A stretch of 64,000 nucleotides of DNA from positions 832,001 through 896,000 of the forward strand of contig CAWCKH010000004.1 in the NCBI GenBank assembly GCA_963796055.1, in the 5' to 3' direction. The notes beneath the pieces are model-generated. The model did not search any database. It saw only the letters and a program-made list of their open reading frames with translations, and was not told the DNA's origin. Within the stretch, counting starts at the first letter, position 1, and each line of letters starts with the position of its first letter. The DNA comes from an uncultured delta proteobacterium (GTDB lineage Bacteria > Myxococcota > Myxococcia > Myxococcales > Myxococcaceae). The translations under genes were made by a program, and so were the position numbers. This document shows, piece after piece, positions 19,762 through 28,853 of the stretch.

Positions 19762-21510
19762 ATGAAGCCAGACGTCCCGAAGGAAGTCCTCGATCTCGCA
19801 TTCGGCCCGTTCCGGCTCGGGACCGACCTCCACCGCCTCGCCACCGTGCACGAGGTCGGAGCACACGAGGCCACCGCCCTGTACTGCGGTCGCATCCTGG
19901 AGGGTCTTTCCAGCGTCGCGGTCGAGGCCCTCGACCTCGAACGCGGCATCGCCTTCGCCAATCTCACCGTCCTGGAGCAGACCGACTTCCTCCAGCGGCC
20001 CTGGCTGGACTGGGCCCACGCGCTGCGTCGGATGGGGAACGACGCGCGCCACCTTCGACGGGAGCTCACCGCGAGCGATGGCGAGCTCTCCCTGGCGTTC
20101 GTCGACCGGTGGGTGGAGTGGTTCTTCGCTCAGTTCACCAGGCGACCAGCCACGCCGGCTCGAGGGGCCCTGCCGCGGCTCGGATCGGAGGAGGTCCACG
20201 GGCTCCTGGACGAGCTGACTCGACCGGCCCCGGAGATCCGCGCCGTGCTCGACCGCTCGCCCCTCCTGGCTGCGGTCAGGGCCGAGCGGCTCATCGACGG
20301 CGGGCGCTTCGAGGAGGCGGAAGAGGTGCTGGTGGACTCGATCCGCCGCTTTCCCGCCGATGGTCGATTGAAGCAGCTCCGCGGCCTGGGGTTCAGCCGA
20401 CGCGGGGATCCGGGGGACCTCGAGGCGGCCGAAGCGCTGCTCGCCCCGGCGGTCAGCGCCGGTGGTGGAGGGGATGAGGAATTCATCGGCATCCTCGCCG
20501 GCGTGCTCCGAAGACAGTGGCGAGCCACGCAGGACGTCTCCCGACTGGAGCGGGCAGCGCGGCTCTACGATTCCGGATTCCGGGCGTCCGGAGGGCAGAA
20601 CGCCTGGCTGGGAACGAGCGCGGCGGCGTGTGACCTGCTCCTGGGGCGGACGGCGAGTGCGCTCGATCGCGCGCGCCGAGTCTGCGCCTTGCTCGAGCAG
20701 CGCGCCCGCCTGGCACCGGATGCCCTCCCCTCCTACTGGCTCCAGGCCACGCGCGCGGAGGCGTTTCTCCTTGCCCGTCGATTCGAGGAGGCGTGGCCGG
20801 CTTACCGGCTCGCCCTGGGCCGGCCTGGCGTTCCCTCCGGACAGGTCCAGAGCACCCGGGCGCAGCTCGCGGACCTCCTGCCTCGCCTCGGGATCGGCCT
20901 GGCCCTCGACGAGTGGCTCGGCAAGCCCGTGCACGAGCCGCTCCGCATCGGCATCGTCGGCCATCGCCGGCTCGAGCAGGTGGAGAAGGTCGGGCGAGAT
21001 CTCCGGGAAGCGCTGGACCGAATCCGCGAGACCTGGGAGGGCCGGCCCCTGGTGCTGGTGAGCTCACTGGCGGAGGGCGCGGACCGGCTCTTCGTCGAGG
21101 TCGGACAGTGCGACCCACTCCACGGGACCCTGGAGGCGATCCTTCCCCTCCCCCGCGAGGAGTACCGCCGCGACTTCGTGGACCCAGGTTCGATGCGTGA
21201 GTTCGACCGCTTGCTGGAGAGTGCGCGCACGGTCCTCCTGGCGCCTGGCGTGGAGAGCCTCGGCCTCGGAGCCCCGGGAGACCGCGAGCTGGCCTATGCA
21301 CTCGCCGGGCGCGCGGTGGTGGACGTGTCCGACGTCATGGTCGCGGTCTGGGACGGGCAGCCCGCGCGCGGCACGGGAGGGACCGCGGAGACGGTCCTCC
21401 TGGCGCGCTCTCGAGGACTGCCGCTGGCCTGGGTTCACGCCGGAGAATCTCGGGCCGTTTCCTATGAGCGCTGGCCGGGGCACGAACCCCTGAGCACGTC
21501 CCTGAGGTAG
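19762..21510 (+). CDS. HEPN (DUF4145-like), TPR-S/DUF4071-like and SLOG-like fusion protein
   Basis: N-terminal HALRRMGNDARH (RxxGNxxxH). Middle DEEFIGILAGV...LYDSGF...SYWLQATRAEA...STRAQL. C-terminal IGIVGHR...SSLAEGADRLF...AVWDGQPARGTGGTAETV. Confidence 0.8.
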   Translation: MKPDVPKEVLDLAFGPFRLGTDLHRLATVHEVGAHEATALYCGRILEGLSSVAVEALDLERGIAFANLTVLEQTDFLQRPWLDWAHALRRMGNDARHLRRELTASDGELSLAFVDRWVEWFFAQFTRRPATPARGALPRLGSEEVHGLLDELTRPAPEIRAVLDRSPLLAAVRAERLIDGGRFEEAEEVLVDSIRRFPADGRLKQLRGLGFSRRGDPGDLEAAEALLAPAVSAGGGGDEEFIGILAGVLRRQWRATQDVSRLERAARLYDSGFRASGGQNAWLGTSAAACDLLLGRTASALDRARRVCALLEQRARLAPDALPSYWLQATRAEAFLLARRFEEAWPAYRLALGRPGVPSGQVQSTRAQLADLLPRLGIGLALDEWLGKPVHEPLRIGIVGHRRLEQVEKVGRDLREALDRIRETWEGRPLVLVSSLAEGADRLFVEVGQCDPLHGTLEAILPLPREEYRRDFVDPGSMREFDRLLESARTVLLAPGVESLGLGAPGDRELAYALAGRAVVDVSDVMVAVWDGQPARGTGGTAETVLLARSRGLPLAWVHAGESRAVSYERWPGHEPLSTSLR

Positions 21511-21537
21511 GCTGCGGCGGAACCGGGAGGGAAGTGC

Positions 21538-22017
21538 ATGAAGACTGCAACGAGAATCGTCTCTCTGAGCTGGGTCGCACTGCTGGGATGCGCAACCGAG
21601 AAGCCTGCGGCGACCCCGGCGACTCCGAAGACGTTCGAGGTGGCGCTGAGCCCCGGCGCCGAGCCGACGCCATGCCCGGGCGCCGGGCCCGGAGCGGCGG
21701 GCACGGCGACAATCGCCGTGGCCACGGACCGCTCGTCGATCGGGGCGACGGTCAACTACGGGGGACTGTCCGGTGACCCGACCGGCGCGCACATCCACTT
21801 CGGTCCGGCGGGCGTCGCCGGGCCGGTGGTCCTGCCCTTCGCTGCCCCGCTCAGCTCACCGTTCAGCAAGACCTTCACCAGCGCGGACTACGTGGCGGCG
21901 CCGGGCGCCCCACCAGACTTCGCGGCGTTCGTCACCGCCCTCGAGGCCGGGAATGCCTACGTGAACGTCCACACTGCAGCCTGCAAGCCGGGGGAGATCC
22001 GGGGTCAGATCCGGTAG
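21538..22017 (+). CDS. CHRD domain lipoprotein
   Basis: Lipobox-like LLGC, then TGAHIHFG...AGPVV...YVNVHT...PGEIRGQI. Confidence 0.85.
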   Translation: MKTATRIVSLSWVALLGCATEKPAATPATPKTFEVALSPGAEPTPCPGAGPGAAGTATIAVATDRSSIGATVNYGGLSGDPTGAHIHFGPAGVAGPVVLPFAAPLSSPFSKTFTSADYVAAPGAPPDFAAFVTALEAGNAYVNVHTAACKPGEIRGQIR

Positions 22018-22148
22018 GCAGGCGAGGACCCCACCGGGGGCGCTGCATCCGCTCCACGCTCACGGGCGCCGACATGTGGGCGCACGAGAAGGGACAGCTC
22101 CTGTACCGGAACGTCCAGGGTGCGGCGGCACCCGCGGGGCTCCGGGAC

Positions 22149-22421
22149 TCAGAAGCTGCCGATCGCCTGGATGCCCACGCTGCGGCCCACGGGGACGACT
22201 GCCACGAAGAGCAGCATCGCCGACGGCGCCCCGCCATCCCCGCCCCGGGGCCTCACCACCGCCAGGTTCGCCAGCCAGCCCTCCAGCTGCGCCTCCACGG
22301 TGCGCTTCGGCCTCTGGGCCACCAGCGTGCGCGACAGCACGTCCGGTGACATTGGTTGCGCGCCTCCGCCATCGGACGGAGAGACGAGCAGCGTCACCGC
22401 GACACCGACCCAGGTGAACAT
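22149..22421 (-). CDS. Small hypothetical exported protein (90 aa)
   Basis: MFTWVGVAVTLLVSP...VGIQAIGSF, GC-rich third codon positions, hydrophobic N-terminus, terminal Phe. Confidence 0.4.
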   Translation of the reverse strand: MFTWVGVAVTLLVSPSDGGGAQPMSPDVLSRTLVAQRPKRTVEAQLEGWLANLAVVRPRGGDGGAPSAMLLFVAVVPVGRSVGIQAIGSF

Positions 22422-22684
22422 GCTCCGGGGTGTCTTCAAGAACCACGCCCCGCGGAGTCGGGGGATGTCGGACGCTGGCGCCGGCCGCGACCCGCGCATG
22501 GACGATGCACCCTGAGAAGCACGGCTCCTCCGCCGCCCCTCCACACCTCGGCGCCGCGCGCGTCGATCCGCCGACCCCATGCGGAACCAGCACACCTCCG
22601 CTTCTTCGACAGCCCAGGCGATCCAGCGGATCATTTTCCACTCGGCGGAGCGCGCGTCCCCGCCAACGTCCAAGGACTCCTTCG

Positions 22685-24352
22685 ATGTCCAGCCCGAGAG
22701 CATTCCTGGCCCTGTGGGCCATCGGTGCCCTGCTCACCTTCAGCGCCTGTAACTGCAGCGGTTCGGTCGACGGTCCCTCCGACAACCCGGGTGGAAACAC
22801 CGATGGGGGCCCCGGCAGCGACGGTGGAACGGTCCTCGCCTGCGTGCAGCCCGGAGCGGCGTGCGTCTCGGGGAGGCCGTGCTGCAGCGGCGTGTGCGAC
22901 GGCACGGTCTGCACCACCCCCAGCTTCTGTCAGGCGAACGGCAAGTCGTGCAACGCAGATACCGACTGCTGCTTGAACAACTGCGTCAACGGCACGTGCT
23001 CCGACAAGCTCTGCACCGACGTCGGCCATTCCTGCACGTCGGGGAACGAGTGCTGCACCGGGACCTGTACCGGCGGCACCTGCGCCAGCCTGGCAGGCGG
23101 CAGTTGCAAGGTCGTCGGCCAGTCGTGCGCCACGGGGTCCGAGTGCTGCTCGACCAACTGCCAGAGCGGATTCTGCGCCAAGGCGTACTACTGCCAGCCG
23201 GTCGGTGACGTCTGCCGGAGCAACGACGAGTGCTGCGGGCACGCCTGCACCGCCAACAGCGACGGCGGCGTCGGGCGCTGCGCGGCGGTGAGCGGGAGCG
23301 GCGGTGGCGGCTGCGACCAGGCAGGCGAGCCGTGCAACGGTGGAACCAACTGCTGCTCGCGGGTCTGCATCGATCCCGGCTCTGGGGTGACGGTCTGCCA
23401 GGCCGCCGAGGGTTGCCGGCTCACCGGCACCTGGTGCACCGACGACCAGAGCTGCTGCGGGGGCGGCACCAACCCCAACGGCTCGGTGCTGTGCCGGGGC
23501 GCCGACGCCGGCGCCGCGTCGACCGGGCGCTGCGACCAGGGGAATGCCTGCAACCCGGTGGGCAACATCTGCGGCGCCCCGGTTCTCCCCGACGGTGGCA
23601 GCACCAATGCGCCGCAGGATTGCTGCGACGGACATGTCTCGAACGGCGGCCAGGTCGGCCCAGGCTCTGACGTCTGCAAGCTCGACAGCTCGGGCATCCC
23701 CCGGTGCTTCGGGGGCGCCTCGACCACCTGCCCGACCGGATACACGGGCGAGGGCCAGTGCTGCATCGCCGCCGGACAGGAATGCCAGTTCAAGGACCAG
23801 TGCTGCGGTGGCGCGCCCTGCGTTCCGGGCCCGAACGGGAAGCTGGTCTGCACCGTGGCCAACTGCACCCCGGTGGGCGCGTCCTGCACCAGCTCCGGCC
23901 AGTGCTGCTCGGGCACCGACTGCCGGCCGACGGCCTCGGGCGCCTTGGCCTGCCAGACCATCCCCGTCCCGGTTGGCGACGCGGGGACCCCGGATGCGGG
24001 AGCACCCGATGCGGGCTCCGCCGACGCCGGGGTGTGCCAGGCGAACGGTACCCTGTGCTCGCTCGGGAACCAGTGCTGCTCGCAGCGCTGCCTCGAGGGA
24101 GCGTGCCAGCCCCCTGCGAGTTGCCAGCCCAAGAATGGGGTGTGCACCACGACCGCGGACTGCTGCAGCGGCTACTCCTGCGCGGTCCCGTCCGGGGCGA
24201 CCAGTGGAACGTGCCAGGCCAGCAGCTGCACCGGTGGAGGCCAGGCCTGCACCTCCAACGACCAGTGCTGCACCGGACTGTCGTGTCTGGACTCGACGAA
24301 CTACTTCTGCTCCGGCACGGGCGACTGCACCTGCAAGGCGTTGCTGCAGTGA
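22685..24352 (+). CDS. Secreted/lipoprotein with 13 tandem Cys-rich C-C-CC-C-C repeats
   Basis: Signal peptide ending FSAC, 13 units starting CxxxxxxC...CC, and DGG/DAG linkers. Confidence 0.85.
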   Translation: MSSPRAFLALWAIGALLTFSACNCSGSVDGPSDNPGGNTDGGPGSDGGTVLACVQPGAACVSGRPCCSGVCDGTVCTTPSFCQANGKSCNADTDCCLNNCVNGTCSDKLCTDVGHSCTSGNECCTGTCTGGTCASLAGGSCKVVGQSCATGSECCSTNCQSGFCAKAYYCQPVGDVCRSNDECCGHACTANSDGGVGRCAAVSGSGGGGCDQAGEPCNGGTNCCSRVCIDPGSGVTVCQAAEGCRLTGTWCTDDQSCCGGGTNPNGSVLCRGADAGAASTGRCDQGNACNPVGNICGAPVLPDGGSTNAPQDCCDGHVSNGGQVGPGSDVCKLDSSGIPRCFGGASTTCPTGYTGEGQCCIAAGQECQFKDQCCGGAPCVPGPNGKLVCTVANCTPVGASCTSSGQCCSGTDCRPTASGALACQTIPVPVGDAGTPDAGAPDAGSADAGVCQANGTLCSLGNQCCSQRCLEGACQPPASCQPKNGVCTTTADCCSGYSCAVPSGATSGTCQASSCTGGGQACTSNDQCCTGLSCLDSTNYFCSGTGDCTCKALLQ

Positions 24353-24365
24353 CCCGATGAACCGA

Positions 24366-24392
24366 TGCAGGCGGCCTGATCCACCGCCTGCA
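24366..24392. terminator. GC hairpin between convergent genes
   Basis: TGCAGGCGG-N9-CCGCCTGCA, no U tract. Confidence 0.4.
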
Positions 24393-24399
24393 CCGTCCG

Positions 24400-25302
24400 C
24401 TACGGGGTGACGAGCACCTTGCCTCCGCCCTGCTGCGCCCGCCGGAACGCCTCGCGGATCCGAGCGAGAGGAAACCGGCCGACGATGGGGAGGACCAGGC
24501 TTCCTCGAACCACCTCCTCGGCCAGCGCGAGCAGGCGGGGTGCATCCGGATGCGCGCTGATCGCCTCGACGGTGATGCCGCGCTCCTTCGCCCCGGGTGG
24601 CTCGCCCACCACGCTCCCCAGGACGCCACCGGGCGCGAGCCTGGGAAAGAGTCGCGCCACGGTCTCGCCCCCCACGGTGTCGGCGATGGCGTCGAGTGTG
24701 GGGAGCCGCTCCACCGCGGTGGCGTCGTCGAGGGCGACCACGTCCTCCGCGCCCAGCGTCCGCGCCTCGGCGAGCTGGCGGGCCCGCACCCCGGCAATGA
24801 CGCGAGCCCCGAGCGTCCTGGCGACATGGACCGCGACCCGCCCCACGCTCCCCACCGCGCCGGTCACCAGGATGCGGGCGCCCGGCTTCGGCCTCACCGC
24901 CTCCTCGATGAGCTGCGCTCCGGTGAGCGCGACCACGGGAATGGCCGCCGCGTCCACCAGTGACAGGCCCTCCGGAACCCGGGCGAGCGCAGCGGCCTTG
25001 ACGGTGGCGAGCTCGGCCTGGCCGTGACGCACCTGTCCGAAGACCGGGTCACCGACGGTCAGACCGGACACACCCTCGCCCAGCTCGACCACCTCGCCCG
25101 AGGCATCGAAGCCGAGGATGGCCGGGAGCTTCAGCGGGAACCAGGCCTGCAAGGACCCGGTGACGAGCTTCACGTCGAGTGCGTTCAGGCTGGATGCGGC
25201 GACCCGGAGCTTGACCTCGCCCGGCCTGGGACGTGGCTCGTCGACGTCGCGGAGCTCCAGGCCATCCACGTCGCCGTATCGGGTGAGCACGGCCGCTCTC
25301 AT
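24400..25302 (-). CDS. NADP-dependent quinone oxidoreductase-like (MDR family)
   Basis: MRAAVLTRYG, ILGFDASGEV and ILVTGAVGSVG motifs. Confidence 0.85.
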   Translation of the reverse strand: MRAAVLTRYGDVDGLELRDVDEPRPRPGEVKLRVAASSLNALDVKLVTGSLQAWFPLKLPAILGFDASGEVVELGEGVSGLTVGDPVFGQVRHGQAELATVKAAALARVPEGLSLVDAAAIPVVALTGAQLIEEAVRPKPGARILVTGAVGSVGRVAVHVARTLGARVIAGVRARQLAEARTLGAEDVVALDDATAVERLPTLDAIADTVGGETVARLFPRLAPGGVLGSVVGEPPGAKERGITVEAISAHPDAPRLLALAEEVVRGSLVLPIVGRFPLARIREAFRRAQQGGGKVLVTP

Positions 25303-25386
25303 CGCTCGCTCCTGGGCTGGTGTGGCCTCAGCTAACACTCGGCGCCACGCTCCGCCGGGGAGCGTCGAGACCCGGCGCGGCTCAGC

Positions 25387-25839
25387 TCAGTGCTTGGCCC
25401 AGGCCCAGCCGGTGATGCGCCATCCGGCGGGAAGCTTCTGCAGGACCAGGGTGAAGATCGAACCCTTCTCCGCCGTGGGCTTCCCCTTCAGCTTGAACTT
25501 GAAGTCCGCCGGCAACACGACGTACGCGCGGTCACCCACGATGTCCACGTGCCGCGGCTTCCCGGTGACGACCACCGGCTCGGTGATTCCGTTCTTCTTC
25601 GCGTCGGCATCGAAGTCGGTCGCCCAGTCCGAGCAGGCCGTGGCGCCCTGCCAGACGAAGGGAGCGAACTCGTCGATGATCGCGGCCTGCGGCGCGCAGG
25701 TGGCGAGCGCGGTCTTGGTGTCACCCTTGTTGAAGCCGTCGATGAACTGGGTGACCACTGCCATCACCTCCGTCGACTCGGAGGCGGCTGCCGGGCCGGT
25801 GATGGCCAGGACTGCGAGGACCAGGATTGCTCTGCGCAT
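25387..25839 (-). CDS. Exported NTF2/SnoaL-like (DUF4440-like) protein
   Basis: Signal peptide, then FIDGFNKGD...IIDEFAPFVW...GDRAYVV...FTLVL...GWRITGWAW. Confidence 0.75.
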   Translation of the reverse strand: MRRAILVLAVLAITGPAAASESTEVMAVVTQFIDGFNKGDTKTALATCAPQAAIIDEFAPFVWQGATACSDWATDFDADAKKNGITEPVVVTGKPRHVDIVGDRAYVVLPADFKFKLKGKPTAEKGSIFTLVLQKLPAGWRITGWAWAKH

Positions 25840-26179
25840 GTGAGTCTCCCCTTCGGTGCGAAGCCCATCGAGACCTGTGGGTACGACCGACTCGTCGAGG
25901 GTGGGGCGGGGGGACGCCGCGTCGCGCACTCCTTGCGTCCACCGCACCTGTCCGAGCTGGTGAGGCGGAGTCTGATCGAGTTCGGACCGGCGGTCGAGGG
26001 CGACCGACCGGAAGCGGGCCAGGATCTGCATCGGGAGCAGGGGCCCTCCGTTTGCCCGCGCCGCTCGAGCCTGATAGTGCACAGAGCACCAGTTCCGTCT
26101 CGCGCCTGCACCTGGAGCCTCGAGGACCGCTTCGGACCCGCACGACGGTTTCGTTCCACCCGTCCGAAACGAGGTTTTC

Positions 26180-26485
26180 ATGGCTCGCATCACCGTCGAG
26201 GACTGCGTCGAGTTCGTCGACAACCGCTTCGCACTCTGCATCCTCGCCACCCGCCGTGCCCGGCAGCTCTCCGCCGGAGCCACGCCCCTCATCCAGACCC
26301 AGCGGAACAAGCCCGCGGTGGTGGCCCTCCGCGAGGTGGCGACCGGAAGGGTCCGCTTCGAGGGCGACGTCCGGGCCGCGCTCTCCAAGCCGCCTCCCCG
26401 CCGGGCGGAGATGGAGGCCGCGGTCACCGCCAGCGAGAAGGACCGGGCGAGCGGTCCGGATCCGTTTCACCGCTGGAACCGCTGA
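26180..26485 (+). CDS. rpoZ: RNA polymerase omega subunit
   Basis: MARITVEDC...[17 protein letters not shown]...[12 protein letters not shown]. Confidence 0.9.
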   Translation: MARITVEDCVEFVDNRFALCILATRRARQLSAGATPLIQTQRNKPAVVALREVATGRVRFEGDVRAALSKPPPRRAEMEAAVTASEKDRASGPDPFHRWNR

Positions 26486-28033
26486 TCAGGCGGGTTCGAC
26501 CTCCACACCGCCCTGGGCGCGCCGACCGGCCCCGCCCCGGAGCGGCTTCTCGGGCAGTCCGAGGACGATGAGCAGGCCGAGGGCGGCCACCGCCGCGCCG
26601 AGCAGGAACGTCGAGCCGATGGCCTGCCGGTAGGCGTGGACCACCAGCGCGCGCTGCGCCTCGGGCAGCTCCCGGATGGCGGAGATGCTGCGATCCACCG
26701 CCGCCTCGCCGAAGCCCGCCGGCCCGGGAGGGAGCAGCCGGTGGAGCCGCGCCGTCATCCACGTGCCGGACAGCGCCACCCCCAGCGCGCCCCCGAGCGA
26801 GCGAAAGAACGACGCCGCCGAGGTCGCCACCCCCAGGTCCTCGGGTGGCACTGCATTCTGGATGGCGGTGACCAGATTCGGCATCACCAGGCCGAGCCCG
26901 ACCCCGAGGCCGACCAGCGAGAGCTCCAGGGGAAGCACCGAGGCCCGGGACTGCGCGAGCCAGGCCAGCAGCAGGAAGGAGGCGCAGGCCACGCCGAGGC
27001 CGATGACGGGCATTGGCTTGTAGCGTCCGGAGCGGGTGACCAGCCGCCCGCCGACCACCGAGGCGACGATCACCCCTCCCATCAACGGGGAGAGCATCAG
27101 CCCTGCTTGCGAGGCGGCGGCGGCGAGCACCAGCTGGAAGAAGAGCGGGAGGAAGATCACCGCCCCGAAGAGGGCGCACGCGGTCAGGCCAACCACGGTC
27201 GAGGCGGTGACGAACACCCGGTCGTGGAAGAGGCGCGGGGGGAGGATCGGCTCGGCGGCGTGGTGTTCACGCACTGCCAGGAGCCCGAAGCACACCACCG
27301 CCGCGGCGGCCTCGGCCCAGGTCGCCGGCTGGCTCCACGCTTCGCGCGAGGCGTCCAGGGTGAGCACCAGGATGGTGCACACCGTCCCGCCCACCATCAG
27401 CACGGCACCGGCGTAGTCGATCCGGTGCTGCACCACCCGGTTGTGCGGGCGGAGGGCCACCGCGATGAGCCCCAGCGCGAGCGCCCCCACCGGGAGGTTG
27501 ATGTAGAAGATCCACCGCCAGGAGAGCGCGTCGGTGATGAACCCTCCGAGCAAGGGCCCGGCCACGCTGCAGATGGCGAAGACCCCGGTGAACAGGCCCT
27601 GATACCTGCCGCGCTCCCTCGGGGCGAGCAGGTCACCCACCGTGGTCTGCGCCAGGGTGATGAGCCCGCCGGCCCCCAGGCCCTGCACCGCGCGGAAGGC
27701 GATCAGCTGGGCCATGTCCCGCGCCAGCCCGCACAGCGCCGAGCCCACCAGGAACACCCCGATGGCGACGAAGAACATCGCCCGCCGGCCGAAAGTATCG
27801 CTGAGCTTGCCGTACAGCGGGGTGGTGGCGGTCGAGGCGACCAGGAAGGCGGTCACCACCCACGAGAGGTGGGCGAGCCCGCCCAGCTCGCTCACGATTC
27901 GCGGAAGCGCGGTGGCGACGATGTTCTGATCCAGCGAGGCGAGGGTGAGCACCAGCAGGAGCCCGGCCATCACGGTGCGGAACTCCCGCCGGCTCACCGC
28001 TTCCGGGGCGCCGTCAGGATCGGAACCAGTCAT
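26486..28033 (-). CDS. MFS drug:H+ antiporter (DHA2/EmrB-QacA type)
   Basis: LASLDQNIVATALP, YGKLSDTFGRR, RAVQGLGAGG and WRWIFYINLP motifs. Confidence 0.9.
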   Translation of the reverse strand: MTGSDPDGAPEAVSRREFRTVMAGLLLVLTLASLDQNIVATALPRIVSELGGLAHLSWVVTAFLVASTATTPLYGKLSDTFGRRAMFFVAIGVFLVGSALCGLARDMAQLIAFRAVQGLGAGGLITLAQTTVGDLLAPRERGRYQGLFTGVFAICSVAGPLLGGFITDALSWRWIFYINLPVGALALGLIAVALRPHNRVVQHRIDYAGAVLMVGGTVCTILVLTLDASREAWSQPATWAEAAAAVVCFGLLAVREHHAAEPILPPRLFHDRVFVTASTVVGLTACALFGAVIFLPLFFQLVLAAAASQAGLMLSPLMGGVIVASVVGGRLVTRSGRYKPMPVIGLGVACASFLLLAWLAQSRASVLPLELSLVGLGVGLGLVMPNLVTAIQNAVPPEDLGVATSAASFFRSLGGALGVALSGTWMTARLHRLLPPGPAGFGEAAVDRSISAIRELPEAQRALVVHAYRQAIGSTFLLGAAVAALGLLIVLGLPEKPLRGGAGRRAQGGVEVEPA

Positions 28034-28106
28034 CGACGTGTCAGGCGCACATAACCCGGGTGGCAGGACCCCCCATAGGCGATGGATAGTCCCCTGGAGA
28101 ACACGC

Positions 28107-28853
28107 GTGAAGCCCGTCGCCGTCATCCCGGCCCGGTGGGGCTCGACCCGTTTCCCCGGCAAGCCGCTGGCTCTGCTCGCGGGACGCCCGCTGGTGCTGC
28201 AGGTGCTCGAGGCATGTCGTCGTTCGGGTGCCTTCGAGGACGTCCGGGTGGCCACCGACGACGAGCGCATCGCCGCGGCGGTGGAGAGTGCCGGCGGCCC
28301 CGTGGAACGGACCGCCTCCCACCATCCGTCCGGGACCGACCGGGTGGCCGAGGTCGCGGCGCGGCTCCCGCCCGAGGTGGAGGTGGTGGTGAACGTCCAG
28401 GGGGACGAGCCATTGATCCATCCCGAGGCGCTCCGCGCTCTCGCCGGCGCCTTCCAGGACCCCGAGGTGGAGATGGCCACGCTCGTCCGCCCGCTCCGGG
28501 ACGACGAGCGCACCAACCCGAACGTGGTGAAGGCGGTGGTCGACCTGCGCTGGGACGCCCTCTACTTCAGCCGTGCCGACGTGCCGTTCGCGCGCGACGG
28601 CGCGGTGGTCGAGCGCTGGGCGCACCAGGGCCTCTACGGCTACCGCCGGGGTACGTTGCTCCGGCTGGCGTCACTCGAGCCGACCCCGCTCGAGCGCGCC
28701 GAGGCGCTGGAGCAGCTGAGGGCGCTGGAGAACGGCATCCGCATCCGCTGCGTCAGGACCTCGCACGCGACCATCGGCGTCGACACCCCCGAGGACCTGG
28801 CGCGCGCCGAGGCGCTCCTCGGGCGTCGCTCACCTCACTTCACCCAGTTGTAG
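28107..28853 (+). CDS. kdsB: 3-deoxy-manno-octulosonate cytidylyltransferase
   Basis: VIPARWGSTRFPGKPLA, SGTDRVAE, VNVQGDEP, ALYFSRA, LEQLRALENG and GVDTPEDL motifs. Confidence 0.95.
   Translation: MKPVAVIPARWGSTRFPGKPLALLAGRPLVLQVLEACRRSGAFEDVRVATDDERIAAAVESAGGPVERTASHHPSGTDRVAEVAARLPPEVEVVVNVQGDEPLIHPEALRALAGAFQDPEVEMATLVRPLRDDERTNPNVVKAVVDLRWDALYFSRADVPFARDGAVVERWAHQGLYGYRRGTLLRLASLEPTPLERAEALEQLRALENGIRIRCVRTSHATIGVDTPEDLARAEALLGRRSPHFTQL

Noticed and set aside
12484..21510. Calling the locus Thoeris, CBASS or a standard Avs
   Set aside because: There is no SIR2-SLOG ThsA fusion (SIR2 is with TIR, SLOG with HEPN), no CD-NTase, and the STAND has no fused effector.
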